Source: Candidatus Aminicenantes bacterium (GTDB taxonomy: Bacteria; Acidobacteriota; Aminicenantia; UBA2199). Taken from it: 64,000 nt of DNA. A program made the translations under genes and the position numbers. The notes under the pieces are model-generated. The model was not told the DNA's origin, searched no databases, and worked only from the letters and a program-made list of their open reading frames with translations. Of the stretch, positions 9,523 through 18,248 are shown piece after piece. The stretch lies in assembly GCA_963827565.1 (NCBI GenBank), contig CAWHBG010000002.1, forward strand, positions 970,952-1,034,951, read 5' to 3'. Within the stretch, counting starts at the first letter, position 1; each line of letters begins with the position of its first letter.

Positions 9523-10858
9523 AGTACCACTACTGCTTGCAGAGGATGATAAATTTCTGGCAGATAGAATAAGTGATTATCTGGAGGGAGAGAATTTTAA
9601 AGTATATTACTCTGATAATTGTAAAGATGCAATTGAACTTCTTGCAAAACACACTATCAACATAGCATTAGTAGACAGAAAACTTAAAAATTCCGATGGG
9701 ACGGACATACTCGATTTTATAATCAGCCAGGGATTAAAAACCAAGATGATACTCATGACCGCATACGGGCAGGACCATACGATACAGGAGAATATCAGGA
9801 AAGGTACTTTTGATTTTCTGGATAAACCGTTCAAACTGGAGACATTGCTGAAAAGGCTTGAAAATGCTGTCAGAATGTATGAACTTGAATATTCGGATGA
9901 AGCCGCCGAAGTTTATGAAAGGTCTACTGCAAAAATTGTAGGGGAAAGCCGGGAGATCAACAACATAAGGAAAATGATATCAATGGCTGCTTCCGCCAAC
10001 AGCCCGGTTCTGATCCAGGGTGAAACAGGCACCGGAAAAGAATTGATCGCACGGAATATTCATCTGGAGAGTGACCGGAGCCGTAGACAATTCATCAGCG
10101 TGAATTGTGCTTCAATCCCGGAGACCCTTTTTGAATCGGAATTTTTCGGGTATGAAAAAGGGGCATTCACCGGAGCCATAAAAGGGAAACAGGGATTGTT
10201 CGAGATAGCCAACTACGGAATCCTCCACCTTGATGAGATAGGGGAAATGCCTTTGGAATTCCAGGCAAAGCTGCTGAGAGTGCTCGAGAGCGGCACATTC
10301 ATAAAACTCGGAGGAATCAAAGAGATCAGTGTTGATGTGAGAATAATTGCTTCCACCAATAAGAATCTGAAAGAGGAAATACTTGAAAAGAATTTCAGGG
10401 AAGACCTCTATTTCAGGATTGCAGTATTCAATATTTATGTCCCCCCGTTGAGGGAGAGAAGAGAGGATATCCCGATCATCGCAGAACATCTCTGGCGTAA
10501 CCTGGTCATAAGAATGGGAAAGAATATTTATTCCCCTGATATTGATTTTAATTCTCTGACTCAGAGAGAATGGAGGGGAAACATAAGAGAACTGAGGAAT
10601 CATCTGGAAAACAGCATAATTTATTCCGGCTTTGATGAAACTCTTCTTACTTTTCCTTCGGCCTCTGAATCAGAAGAGGAATCAAACAACGTGAATGGAC
10701 TTCTCCTCGTGGAAGATGTGGTGAGAGAACATGTACTTAAAATTCTCAAGAGTACGGATTACAATAAAACCCGAACCGCTGAAATAACGGGAATGGGACT
10801 CTCAACATTAAAAAGAAAACTTAAACAATGGGGATGGCACCGGACCGAAGATCGTTAG
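9500..10858 (+). CDS. Sigma-54-dependent response regulator (NtrC family: REC + AAA+ + Fis-type HTH)
   Basis: Walker A GETGTGKELIA, the sigma-54 contact loop ESEFFGYEKGAFTGA, Walker B ILHLDEIGEM, and a C-terminal HTH (YNKTRTAEITGMGLSTLKRKLKQW). Confidence 0.9.
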   Translation: MEKNSKHKVPLLLAEDDKFLADRISDYLEGENFKVYYSDNCKDAIELLAKHTINIALVDRKLKNSDGTDILDFIISQGLKTKMILMTAYGQDHTIQENIRKGTFDFLDKPFKLETLLKRLENAVRMYELEYSDEAAEVYERSTAKIVGESREINNIRKMISMAASANSPVLIQGETGTGKELIARNIHLESDRSRRQFISVNCASIPETLFESEFFGYEKGAFTGAIKGKQGLFEIANYGILHLDEIGEMPLEFQAKLLRVLESGTFIKLGGIKEISVDVRIIASTNKNLKEEILEKNFREDLYFRIAVFNIYVPPLRERREDIPIIAEHLWRNLVIRMGKNIYSPDIDFNSLTQREWRGNIRELRNHLENSIIYSGFDETLLTFPSASESEEESNNVNGLLLVEDVVREHVLKILKSTDYNKTRTAEITGMGLSTLKRKLKQWGWHRTEDR

Positions 10859-10866
10859 GGAACAAA

Positions 10867-10891
10867 AGCCGGACCCGCAGGCCCGGCTTTT
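10867..10891. terminator. Bidirectional rho-independent terminator between convergent genes
   Basis: aaaagccggacc-cgca-ggcccggctttt. The stem has one mismatch and is flanked by an A-run and a T-run, so it can terminate both the NtrC-type gene (+) and the VIT-vWA gene (-). Confidence 0.6.
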
Positions 10892-11017
10892 CAATAAGTT
10901 ATATATTATTCTTCATAAATATCATAGAGGGTATCATTCAGAACAAATTGAATGTTGTTACCCAGAGCCAGAAATTGTGCTGAGGAAGGGTGTTTTTTAA
11001 GAAGAGTAAAATATTCA

Positions 11018-13150
11018 TCACCACCAAATCTGATCCTCTTTTTCTGATACAAACTTTTTCACATGAACATCGGAATCTATCCAGATATTTCCATTGAAGT
11101 AGACTGCCCTTCCCTGAATATTTTTCATCTGCTGACTCAGTGTCCCCCTGTCTCCTTTACCGCCTCCGAAATTCAACCTGTCATGGCCCTGACGGGTTTC
11201 ACTAAAATTTTCAGCCTGATTCAGTCCCTGTACTTCCTTACTTGCCCTGACACTGAACCGTCCTGATTTATCCTTTAAGGAATCCGATTCTTCAGTACCA
11301 CGCCTGGAGAATCCTTCGGATTTTGCAGCGGCCGGAGCCAGAACCTGCTGGAGACTCTCTATCTCTCTTCTTCTGACAAGTTTCTTCTCATCTTCAACTA
11401 TGAGATAACTGGTATAGGGCGTTATTATTCCATATTTTTTCGCCAGCAGTATCACTTCATCTTTGACCTCCCGGCTCTCTCCATTCAGCCTGATCTGATC
11501 CAACAGGAATCCTACACGTCTCGAAGCCCAGAGAAGAGGTACAAAATCATCTTTCTCAGAGCTCCCCTCTAAACTACTTCCATATCGGAACACTACAGAT
11601 TTTCCTGAAATATTCCCCCTAAGGGAAATCTTTGTCTTGCCATAACCGGAATACCTCCCGAGAACAGATATGGAAGACCCTCTGAAAAGATCAGGAAGAT
11701 CACGAGGATACATTTTGCTCACTCTGATACCGGAACCGAAACTTAATTTCAGGTCTGTTAATACAGGAGATTCGATCTTTCTGAAAAATCCTGATATTTT
11801 AATTTCTATGTCCTCTTTTTCTGTAATATATGATCTGTAGGCCTTTGTAAGAGAGGTAATCTTGTCCAGAAGGTGGGTATTAAGATCACTTCCTATCCCG
11901 AAAGTGAACACCCTTGTACTTCCTGCGTTTTTCCCTTTTATCATACTGATCAATTTATCTTCATCGGTTTCGCCGATGGTCGGTTTCCCGTCTGTTATAA
12001 AAACAATTATATAGGGACGGCCCTTTGAATTCCTGATTTTTAATGCTTCGTCAAGGGCTTCTTCAATATTGGTCCCTCCAATAGCTCTTAGATCATCAAC
12101 AAACTTCATTGCTTTATCCCTGTTTCCGCTATTTGCAGATCTAAGCATCTTAAACAGAGACTCTGACTCAGTCGAGAACCTTATTATCTCAAACCTGTCC
12201 GCTTTCCTCAGGTTTTCGATACAAAATTTCAATGCACTTTTAGCTTTCTCAAGTTTTTTCCCGGACATACTTCCCGAAACATCCAGGACAAAGCAGACAT
12301 CCTTGGGAATAAAATTTTTGCTCTTTCCAAAACCGGGTGTCATATTAAGGAGAAAATACCCGTCTTCCCCTCTCTTCTTATAACTCCTGACCGACAAACC
12401 GATATCTTCAGCAGCTGAATCAAAATATAGTTTAAAATCCGTATCAGGTTTTACGTTCATCTCTTCAAATACTACATCCGCTTTCTTTTCACCTCTCCTT
12501 ATAATATCCACTTTATGTGTCGGACAGTATATGTTTCTAAGATCTGCACCTGATCTGATCTCAGCCCTGATCCTTACATTTTTCAGGGGTTTAGCGGAGA
12601 ACTTTTCTGTATTAAGGGGATAAATATATTCGGTAGTTGAATTATCATTGTTCAGGATCTCGGTATAAGATATCCTGACCCTCTTCTCAGAACCTGGCTC
12701 GATCGGATATATTCTGGCTTTGAAAACTGTTCTTCCACTGTATTCAAGAAGAGCCGGATCCCTCATCCGCCTGACTATATCCTCATATATCTTCCTCGCT
12801 TTTACGGCATCAAGTAATTCAGCCTTTGTCTCTTTCCCGTTGATATACATTGAGAAATTCTTAATAACCCCGTTTTCCGGGACCGGAAAAAGGTAGTACC
12901 CTTCCAGCCTGTGCCTTGTGGGATTATAAAATACCTGATCTATACTCGTGACAGCAACAGTGTCCTCTATCTTAACATCCACATAATGATATTTCACCTC
13001 CAGTGGAAACGGCCTGAATCTCGGGTGGGGACGTGGAACCGGTCTCGGATCCCTCGGGACAACAATAAAACCGTCAGAAAAAATGAATGGCCCTGCAATA
13101 AATATTAAAAGGACATTCAGTAGTATCCATCTATTTATCATATTTTTCAT
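11018..13150 (-). CDS. Secreted VIT + von Willebrand A domain protein (3' end apparently frameshifted; true end probably 10906)
   Basis: Signal peptide, a VIT-like N-terminal region (VKYHYVDVKIEDTVAVTSIDQVFYNP...YYLFPVPENGVI), and a vWA MIDAS motif (CFVLDVSGSMSG). AGGAGG lies upstream of the ATG at 13150. See the finding on the C-terminal extension. Confidence 0.8.
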   Translation of the reverse strand: MKNMINRWILLNVLLIFIAGPFIFSDGFIVVPRDPRPVPRPHPRFRPFPLEVKYHYVDVKIEDTVAVTSIDQVFYNPTRHRLEGYYLFPVPENGVIKNFSMYINGKETKAELLDAVKARKIYEDIVRRMRDPALLEYSGRTVFKARIYPIEPGSEKRVRISYTEILNNDNSTTEYIYPLNTEKFSAKPLKNVRIRAEIRSGADLRNIYCPTHKVDIIRRGEKKADVVFEEMNVKPDTDFKLYFDSAAEDIGLSVRSYKKRGEDGYFLLNMTPGFGKSKNFIPKDVCFVLDVSGSMSGKKLEKAKSALKFCIENLRKADRFEIIRFSTESESLFKMLRSANSGNRDKAMKFVDDLRAIGGTNIEEALDEALKIRNSKGRPYIIVFITDGKPTIGETDEDKLISMIKGKNAGSTRVFTFGIGSDLNTHLLDKITSLTKAYRSYITEKEDIEIKISGFFRKIESPVLTDLKLSFGSGIRVSKMYPRDLPDLFRGSSISVLGRYSGYGKTKISLRGNISGKSVVFRYGSSLEGSSEKDDFVPLLWASRRVGFLLDQIRLNGESREVKDEVILLAKKYGIITPYTSYLIVEDEKKLVRRREIESLQQVLAPAAAKSEGFSRRGTEESDSLKDKSGRFSVRASKEVQGLNQAENFSETRQGHDRLNFGGGKGDRGTLSQQMKNIQGRAVYFNGNIWIDSDVHVKKFVSEKEDQIWW

Positions 13151-13169
13151 TCTGCCTCCTTTAATTTAT

Positions 13170-13190
13170 CGGGGGGCATTCCGCCCCCCG
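13170..13190 (-). other. Intercistronic GC hairpin between the two vWA genes
   Basis: cggggggc-attcc-gccccccg, an 8-bp G/C stem. There is no U-tract on the transcribed (minus) strand. It sits 10 nt after the upstream stop and directly before the AAGGAGG ribosome-binding site of the next gene. Confidence 0.45.
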
Positions 13191-13199
13191 TTTAGGACC

Positions 13200-14321
13200 C
13201 TATTTTTTTTCAAACTTGTATTTCTTTTTTGATGCCTGCTTTTTCAGTGCACCGATTATTGCATCATCAAGGGTTTTATCTTTCGACATTTCAATCCTTT
13301 TACCCTTTACAAACTTTTCTCTCTCCTTTTTCAATTCCTGTATTTTTTTCTGAATGACTTCTCTCTCTTTGCTCTTTTTCTTCACATATGCCTTCCGCTC
13401 GTCACCACTCATGTTCTTCATCTCAGCCGGTAGTTCATCCACAGCTATCTCCTCAACTTTTACAGTCCCCTCTTTCTCTGCATCAACGAGATCCCACGAT
13501 GTATTTCTGTACTGTTTTGAAGCTTTGGCAGCTGATCTCTGGACCATTACTCCGGGGCTCATACTTCCGGCATTAAGATCCTGTTCTTTCTGACGTTCCT
13601 TCATCTCCGCACCCTTTTTGCCATAAGAGATATAGGTCTTATTCAGTTCTTTCCCAAGTTTTATTATCTCCTGATCCTGGGGGGCCTTTATATGAACTAT
13701 TTTCCGGTTATGATCTATATTCATATATGAGCCATCAGATATATCCGCTCCATCTTTCCAATTTGTGTTGACACCGGTCTGAAACGGGCCGCAGAATATT
13801 GTATTTACAATTATCCCGTTAGATATTGCTGACCTGCATGAATCTTTATAATCAACACTACCCTGAGTGAACGGTTCGTTTCCGGCAATAAAGATCACTT
13901 TATATTCTTTATTGCTCTTATTCCAGGTTAGTTCCCTGACTGCCTTATCAATAACCATACCGCAGTATTCACTCCCGCCATTGGTTCTCAGTTTGAACAG
14001 TTCTTCAGAAATTCTGTCAAGGTCGGTTGTAAGAGGAACCAGCATTTTGATATACCCTTTTGAGGCCGGGATTGAACTCTTCCCATATTCATAAAGAGCG
14101 ACTTCAAGAAGTGGGGACCTCTTCCCTCTTTTTGCTGTGGCCATTTCATTCACTATCTTCCATAACTGCATTTTGGCCTGCTCTATCAGTCCGCTCATGC
14201 TTCCGCTGGTATCAAGCAGGATGGCCATCTGAACTACCGGATCCTTCTTCTTTGAAAATACATTTGACGACATTACCATTGCCATAACAATGACTAAGAT
14301 GATTACTTTTTTTGATCTCAT
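13200..14321 (-). CDS. Secreted von Willebrand A domain protein with a Lys/Glu-rich C-terminal tail
   Basis: Signal peptide, MIDAS motif ILLDTSGSMSG, and a charged coiled-coil-like C-terminus. Confidence 0.75.
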   Translation of the reverse strand: MRSKKVIILVIVMAMVMSSNVFSKKKDPVVQMAILLDTSGSMSGLIEQAKMQLWKIVNEMATAKRGKRSPLLEVALYEYGKSSIPASKGYIKMLVPLTTDLDRISEELFKLRTNGGSEYCGMVIDKAVRELTWNKSNKEYKVIFIAGNEPFTQGSVDYKDSCRSAISNGIIVNTIFCGPFQTGVNTNWKDGADISDGSYMNIDHNRKIVHIKAPQDQEIIKLGKELNKTYISYGKKGAEMKERQKEQDLNAGSMSPGVMVQRSAAKASKQYRNTSWDLVDAEKEGTVKVEEIAVDELPAEMKNMSGDERKAYVKKKSKEREVIQKKIQELKKEREKFVKGKRIEMSKDKTLDDAIIGALKKQASKKKYKFEKK

Positions 14322-14381
14322 TTTTTTCTCCTTAATTTCACTTTCAAAATATATGTCGGAAGGCCTGGGGTTTTTCCCCGA

Positions 14382-15509
14382 TTATTTTTGATCAAGAACC
14401 TCTATGATCCTGTTACCGCTGATACCGAGGGCCAGTCTGAACCTTGCGGGAGAGTCCCCCTGAAGCTTGAATTTCCATTTTTTTACAGCTTTAACTATAT
14501 ATACAATATTTCCGGTATTTCCACTGACAAGGCACACTTTAACGACATCCCCGGTCTTGTTGGTTATAACCTCAAGTATAATATAAACAGGTTCCGTGAC
14601 CGGCTCATCCGCTTTGAAGTTCTCAGGCTGAACAAGCTTTACGATTTTCGGAAATGTATCTCTCAGAGGAATTTTTGTTATAAATTCTCTCCTTCTCTTA
14701 TACTCATCCCCTTCCCGGCTGAAACAATTCATACCTGCAACAATATCTCTGTCCTTTTCCTCACTTTCTTTAAGTTTATCTACAAGCCCTTTACCGACTT
14801 TCTTCCGGACAACAGATTGCCTCCCCGATTTATCATCAGAACTTACCTTCTCTATATCTACCGTAACGGCTGATAATCCGACAGAGGTTCGGGCCGGTTC
14901 GTTCCCTGATTGGGAAATTCCCTGAGTGTTCCGGAGAACCATTTTAGACTTGATGCCCGGGGGTTCATCCTTTACCTCCGGGACCTCGGCTTCTCTTGTG
15001 ATCTCTTCACTTTTCTTAATTCTGGCAGTTTTCCCGGGTGCAGGCGGTATGACCGGACCCTTTTTCCCCCGTTTCTTACTCACTTTCTGTTTCACCGGTA
15101 GCGCAATTTTCTGTTTGTCCGCTTTATGCTCTCCAGTGCCCTCCTTTATCAAAACAGGGCCCTTCACAAATCCGGAATCACTCTCTTCAATATCCTTAAC
15201 ACCGATATTAACTTTAAAAAAGATCACAAAGGCGACAAGTACAATGAAAATTGATGCGGCAACCGACATCGGGGAAAATATTCTGAAACGTCTTTTTTCT
15301 GAACTTTCCGTCATTTCCAATGCAGCCAAATATGTTTCATAACAGATTTCACAGGCACTGATATGGATCTGCAACTTTTCTTTTTGCTCTTTTCCGATCG
15401 TTCCGTCGATCAGAACGGAAATATCCTCTGCTGACGGACATTCACTGTTGATTTCACCGGAGATCACTCCATTCAGTTTAAAGAGGATCTTCGACCCGTT
15501 ATTCTCCAT
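14382..15509 (-). CDS. Membrane anti-sigma factor (zf-HC2 N-terminus, one TM helix, TonB-C-like C-terminal domain)
   Basis: HISACEICYETY zinc-finger-like motif, TM segment VAASIFIVLVAFVIFF, a Pro/Lys-rich linker, and a C-terminal ~80 aa resembling the TonB C-terminal fold. It starts 3 nt after the sigma-factor gene. Confidence 0.6.
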   Translation of the reverse strand: MENNGSKILFKLNGVISGEINSECPSAEDISVLIDGTIGKEQKEKLQIHISACEICYETYLAALEMTESSEKRRFRIFSPMSVAASIFIVLVAFVIFFKVNIGVKDIEESDSGFVKGPVLIKEGTGEHKADKQKIALPVKQKVSKKRGKKGPVIPPAPGKTARIKKSEEITREAEVPEVKDEPPGIKSKMVLRNTQGISQSGNEPARTSVGLSAVTVDIEKVSSDDKSGRQSVVRKKVGKGLVDKLKESEEKDRDIVAGMNCFSREGDEYKRRREFITKIPLRDTFPKIVKLVQPENFKADEPVTEPVYIILEVITNKTGDVVKVCLVSGNTGNIVYIVKAVKKWKFKLQGDSPARFRLALGISGNRIIEVLDQK

Positions 15510-15511
15510 AC

Positions 15512-16255
15512 CTATTCCCTCCTCTTCATATGTCGGACATTCCCCCTGAATTCCGTCAAAATAAAATCCTGTTCTCCGATTCCGGCACTTTCAAGTATTT
15601 TTCTGCATTTTTTTATCAGCCGGTCGACCCGGTTGTATACACCTTTTTGAGAGATCCCGAGGGCACGCGAAATCTCAGAGGTACTCAAAGGATCTCTTCC
15701 GGGATCTGACGGGAATTTCATCCGTAGAAGAAGCCTCTCCTCACCGTTAAGAGAGGAGATCATTTCAGATATAACGCTCCTCATACTCTTCTCTCTGTCA
15801 TCCCAGATAACCACAAATTCAGGAATATTCTCTTTATCAGGTACAATGAATTCCCCAGCCTCTCCGGAACTGATTCCGTTCAGAACCGGTGAGCCATCCG
15901 TATCAGGGATCTTCACTGTACGTAAAGCCCCGTTCTCCCTTCCCGGCCGCTCCCGCCCCGCTCTCTCTCTGATCAGGTCTATTGCTGTCCGGGCAATTAT
16001 TGTGGTCAGATATGTGGATAATTTAGACCGCCCTTCAAATCTCCGGAGAATTCCGAAACTGTTTTCTGTCAATTTATCAATAACCCTGTTAAAAAGCCTG
16101 TCAGCCTCATTCTCAAGGTTCAGTTCACCTTTCAGAAATCCGCCCGATTTCATTTTCACGGTCTTGAGACATTGTTTATTGATAAAGTCTATGTTCGAGT
16201 TGAGCTGTTCTCTGAAGATAGAGTCATTATCTGAAATATTCAACACTTTTTTCAT
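15512..16255 (-). CDS. ECF-type sigma-70 family RNA polymerase sigma factor
   Basis: Region 2 (FEGRSKLSTYLTTIIARTAIDLIRE) and the region 4 HTH (LSTSEISRALGISQKGVYNRVDRLIKKCRKIL). The linker between the two regions is unusually long. Confidence 0.75.
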   Translation of the reverse strand: MKKVLNISDNDSIFREQLNSNIDFINKQCLKTVKMKSGGFLKGELNLENEADRLFNRVIDKLTENSFGILRRFEGRSKLSTYLTTIIARTAIDLIRERAGRERPGRENGALRTVKIPDTDGSPVLNGISSGEAGEFIVPDKENIPEFVVIWDDREKSMRSVISEMISSLNGEERLLLRMKFPSDPGRDPLSTSEISRALGISQKGVYNRVDRLIKKCRKILESAGIGEQDFILTEFRGNVRHMKRRE

Positions 16256-16348
16256 TATAGCTTTCTGCTAATTCTGACATCCCCTGAGAATAAATTTCAG
16301 TGAATCACCTTATAGGATTGTAAATTATATCGGGAATTTATTCAATCC

Positions 16349-16428
16349 TAATCCCCCCGGCTCCGCCACCCCCCTTACCAAAGGGGGCAAAGCTGTTTCC
16401 CCCTTCTTTAAGGGGGACAGGGGGATCA
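16349..16428. repeat. Structured G5/C5-rich repeat, copy A (downstream flank of the DUF559 gene)
   Basis: taatccccccggctccgccaccccccttaccaaagggggcaaagctgtttcccccttctttaagggggacagggggatca. Nearly identical to 16892..16973. It contains the internal hairpins ccccc/ggggg and tccccctt-cttt-aaggggga, and short inverted ends (atccccc...gggggat). Confidence 0.85.
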
Positions 16429-16830
16429 AAGTTCACTATCAATTCTCTTACATATATCCTCAAAACTTTCCAACACCTCTATATTGGTAAATCTAATTAC
16501 TTTAACCCCATATAAATTTAATAAAACAGTCCTGATCTTATCATTTTCTTTTTGCTGGACTGTATTATGTGAATGTCCATCAACTTCAATAGCTATTTTC
16601 TCAGAAGCACAATAAAAATCCACAATATAATGATCAATAGGTCTTTGTCTCAAAAATCTCAATCTGTGACGAGACAGGAATTCACGCCATAATTTTCTTT
16701 CTGCCGGAGTTTCGTTTTTTCTCAAAATACGTGCTTTTTCAACATTCTCAGGATTGTAAGGCAAGTGATTCCCTCGCCACACCAAACCTCTCTCTTTCAC
16801 CTCTTCGCTGGTAATATGCAACCCTTTCAT
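16426..16830 (-). CDS. DUF559 (Vsr-like endonuclease fold) domain protein
   Basis: 134 aa. AERKLWREFLSRHRLRFLRQRPIDHYIVDFYCASEKIAIEVDGHSH...D..R...L...G..V.RF.N.EV matches the conserved DUF559 core. Confidence 0.8.
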   Translation of the reverse strand: MKGLHITSEEVKERGLVWRGNHLPYNPENVEKARILRKNETPAERKLWREFLSRHRLRFLRQRPIDHYIVDFYCASEKIAIEVDGHSHNTVQQKENDKIRTVLLNLYGVKVIRFTNIEVLESFEDICKRIDSEL

Positions 16831-16891
16831 TTTTCAATATGAAGAATAAATTATTAGTACACTAGAATCAAGAAGTATCAAATTAATTTCT

Positions 16892-16973
16892 CTAATCCCC
16901 CCGGCTTCCGCCACCCCCCTTACCAATGGGGGCAAAGCTGTTTCCCCCTTCTTTAAGGGGGTTAGGGGGATCA
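16892..16973. repeat. Structured G5/C5-rich repeat, copy B (upstream flank of the DUF559 gene)
   Basis: ctaatccccccggcttccgccaccccccttaccaatgggggcaaagctgtttcccccttctttaagggggttagggggatca. A direct repeat of copy A that differs by one 1-nt indel and three substitutions, by my alignment. Confidence 0.85.
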
Positions 16974-16983
16974 GATAAAATTC

Positions 16984-18198
16984 TTAAACTTTTTTAAGAA
17001 GGTGCCCCATCTTATCCTTTTTTATCTGCATATAAAATTTACTCTCATCATGCAGTTCAACCTCTATCGGAATCCGTTCGGTTATCTCAAGACCGTACCC
17101 ATTCAATGCTATGAACTTTGTGGGATTGTTTGTCATTAATTTCAATTTTTTCAGGCCCAGTTTTCTTAATATCTGTGCTCCGATCCCGTAATCTCTCATA
17201 TCTTCGGGAAGACCGAGTTCAAGATTTGCCTCTACTGTATCCAAACCTGATTCCTGAAGTTTATATGCTCTTATCTTGTTCACAAGGCCTATTCCACGCC
17301 CCTCCTGGTTCAGGAGATAAAGAAGGACCCCGGACCCCTCTTTTGCGATCATTTTCATCGCATTATCAAGCTGACTGCCGCAATCACATTTAAGAGAACT
17401 GAAAGTATCTCCGGTCAGACACTGGGAATGAACCCTCACAAGTACAGGTTTGGAAGGATCAGGTTCTCCCTTCACCAATGCTATATGTGTCTCATTGTGA
17501 AGAATATCCACATAGGCCTTTATCTTGAACATTCCCCATCTGGTGGGAAGGTTTGCCACGGCCTTTTCTTCAATTATAGTTTCCTCTTTTATCCTGTACC
17601 TTATTATCTCTTCCACAGTTATGATCGGTATGTCAAACTCATCAGAAAATTTTATAAGATCAGGCATTCTTGCCATCTCTCCGTCATCCTTCATGATCTC
17701 GCATATTACTCCCGAGGGATACAACCCCGCAATCCTGGCCAGGTCAAGTGATGCTTCTGTCTGGCCTGCCCTGTTCAGGACTCCCCCTTTTTTTGCCCGT
17801 AAAGGGAATATATGGCCCGGCTTATTGAGATCATACGGCCCTGTTTTTTCATCAATGATGCATCTTATTGTTGCAGCCCTGTCTGCTGCAGAGATACCGG
17901 TGGTAGTTCCCGCCTTTGCATCTACAGAGATTGTAAAGGGTGTCTCATATTTAGAGGTATTATCGTTAACCATCAGAGGAAGGTCCAGTTCGTCACTTCT
18001 CTTCTTTGTCAGAGAGACACAAATCAGGCCTCTTGCATGTTTTGCCATAAAATTAACAGATTCCGGGGTGATCTTCTCTGAGGCTATCATCAGGTCGCCC
18101 TCATTCTCTCTGCTCTCATCATCAATAATTATGACCATTTTTCCGGCTCTTATGATCTCTACCGCTTCCGGAACTGAAATAAGATTTTTATTCTCCAT
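16984..18198 (-). CDS. ribBA: Bifunctional 3,4-dihydroxy-2-butanone-4-phosphate synthase / GTP cyclohydrolase II
   Basis: IIDDESRENEGDLMIA (DHBP synthase motif) and a C-terminal GTP cyclohydrolase II half (VRVHSQCLTGD...CDCG). The ATG at 18198 (MENKNL) is preferred over 18234 because GAGGGG lies upstream. Confidence 0.9.
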   Translation of the reverse strand: MENKNLISVPEAVEIIRAGKMVIIIDDESRENEGDLMIASEKITPESVNFMAKHARGLICVSLTKKRSDELDLPLMVNDNTSKYETPFTISVDAKAGTTTGISAADRAATIRCIIDEKTGPYDLNKPGHIFPLRAKKGGVLNRAGQTEASLDLARIAGLYPSGVICEIMKDDGEMARMPDLIKFSDEFDIPIITVEEIIRYRIKEETIIEEKAVANLPTRWGMFKIKAYVDILHNETHIALVKGEPDPSKPVLVRVHSQCLTGDTFSSLKCDCGSQLDNAMKMIAKEGSGVLLYLLNQEGRGIGLVNKIRAYKLQESGLDTVEANLELGLPEDMRDYGIGAQILRKLGLKKLKLMTNNPTKFIALNGYGLEITERIPIEVELHDESKFYMQIKKDKMGHLLKKV

Positions 18199-18248
18199 TT
18201 TCCCCTCTTGAAAAAAACATCCCCGGACTGACATATTGAAATACTGAT

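Noticed and set aside
16349-16973. The G5/C5 repeats as a CRISPR array or tRNA-like genes
   Set aside because: There are only two copies about 540 bp apart, with a protein-coding gene between them. No cloverleaf can be drawn, and the spacing and length do not fit CRISPR.
17525-18211. 228-aa plus-strand ORF (with 17118..17393, 17428..17751, 17812..18081)
   Set aside because: They lie entirely inside ribBA on the opposite strand. These are typical shadow ORFs with Ser/Ile/Phe-rich composition.
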